From positions 36,986 through 100,985 of the forward strand of contig JAKAAT010000001.1 in the NCBI GenBank assembly GCA_021802205.1: 64,000 nt of DNA, given 5' to 3'. The DNA comes from Thermoplasmata archaeon (GTDB taxonomy: Archaea > Thermoplasmatota > Thermoplasmata > Thermoplasmatales > Thermoplasmataceae). Positions 62,881 through 64,000 of this stretch are shown one piece after another. A program made the position numbers and the translations under genes. The first letter of the stretch is position 1, and each line of letters starts with the position of its first letter. A model generated the notes under the pieces. The model did not search any database, was not told the DNA's origin, and saw only the letters and a program-made list of their open reading frames with translations.

Positions 62881-64000
62881 TTAATTTAAGAGTCCCCTTG
62901 CCTTCATGGCATCTACGACTCTCTGTATTGCGATTATATAAGCTGCTGTCCTGGGATCTGTTTTGTATTTTTCGTGTACAGCCAGAACATCCTGAGTTGC
63001 AGCAGTCATCTTCTGGTCAAGTCTGCTGTATACATCCTCTTCTGTCCAGTAATCTCCTGTTATGTTCTGAACCCATTCAAAGTAAGATACTGTAACTCCG
63101 CCTGCGTTGGACAGGAAATCCGGTAATAGGAGTATATCTTTCTTGAAGAATACCTCATCTGCTTCCGGAGTTGAAGGCCCATTTGCCAGTTCAAGTACTA
63201 TTTTTGCCTTGATCTTTGATGCATTTTCACCTGTGAGCTGATCCTCTATGGCAGATGGGATAAGCACATCAACATCTGATTCCAGTAATTCCTCATTTGT
63301 TATATTTTTAGAACCGGGGAAGTTTTCAACTGTACCTGCCTTTTCCTTATGCTCCAGAAGCTCCTTGTAATCTATTCCGCTTTCCTTGTATATTCCTCCA
63401 CTGGAATCGGAAACCGCAACAACCTTTCCATGGAACATTTCATTCACGAATTTTACAGCAAATTGACCGGCATTTCCGAAACCCTGTATGGCATATTTTG
63501 CCTTTGTAAGGTCAATACCCTTATATTTTGCTCCTTCTCTCAAAACATACATTCCGCCCTTTGCCGTGGCATCTCCTCTTCCAAGTGATCCACCGAGTGT
63601 CAATGGTTTTCCAGTGATAACACCAGGAGCAGAATGCCGGACTATTTTCTCGTATTCATCCATCATCCAGCCCATTATCTGGGGTGTTGTGTAAACATCA
63701 GGAGCAGGCACATCAATTTCTGGCCCTATAAAGTCAGCAACCGCATCTATATATCCCCTGCTCAATTTTTCCAGTTCATTTTTGCTCATTTTTTTTGTAT
63801 CGCATATAATTCCACCCTTGGCACCACCGAAAGGCAGACCCAGAAGTGCGGTTTTCCATGTCATCCATGCAGAAAGAGCCTTGACCTCAGATAGGTTTTC
63901 CTTTATATAGTATCTTATTCCACCCTTCATTGGTCCCCTGGCATTATTATAATGTACTCTGAATCCGGTGAATACCTTTGTTTCGCCGTTATCCATCTTT
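62881..64000 (-). CDS. gdhA: Glutamate dehydrogenase (5' end outside the window)
   Basis: RGP.KGGIR, GGAKGG, DVPAPD, QGFGNAG, ELANGP, NAGGV.VSYFEW. Confidence 0.96.
   Translation of the reverse strand, partial: KMDNGETKVFTGFRVHYNNARGPMKGGIRYYIKENLSEVKALSAWMTWKTALLGLPFGGAKGGIICDTKKMSKNELEKLSRGYIDAVADFIGPEIDVPAPDVYTTPQIMGWMMDEYEKIVRHSAPGVITGKPLTLGGSLGRGDATAKGGMYVLREGAKYKGIDLTKAKYAIQGFGNAGQFAVKFVNEMFHGKVVAVSDSSGGIYKESGIDYKELLEHKEKAGTVENFPGSKNITNEELLESDVDVLIPSAIEDQLTGENASKIKAKIVLELANGPSTPEADEVFFKKDILLLPDFLSNAGGVTVSYFEWVQNITGDYWTEEDVYSRLDQKMTAATQDVLAVHEKYKTDPRTAAYIIAIQRVVDAMKARGLLN

Overview
AT-rich archaeal chromosome segment, inferred to be Thermoplasmatales (Ferroplasma-like) from rpo7/spt4/rps24e/rps27ae, PCNA, archaeal PEP carboxylase, archaeal riboflavin synthase and bacterial-type hemE/hemH. 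Most of the window is housekeeping: citrate synthase, fixABCX-type ETF, carAB, purEKD, moaAD, gcvP, cbiZ-btuFCD, a rib cluster, tRNA-Arg(CCT) and gdhA. The standout is a very AT-rich island at ~6.6-11.2 kb. One full-length secreted 300-aa protein ends in a Cys-flanked hydrophobic hairpin. It is followed by four orphan cassettes that each repeat a 140-240 bp internal segment of that gene and then carry a different hydrophobic tip. Each of the five tips is tightly coupled to its own small membrane protein gene. This is the architecture of a polymorphic toxin (archaeocin)/immunity array with swappable C-termini. A second AT-rich secreted-protein gene with a (TA)n promoter tract sits between hemE and hemH. 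All product calls come from motif and sequence recognition; no searches were run.
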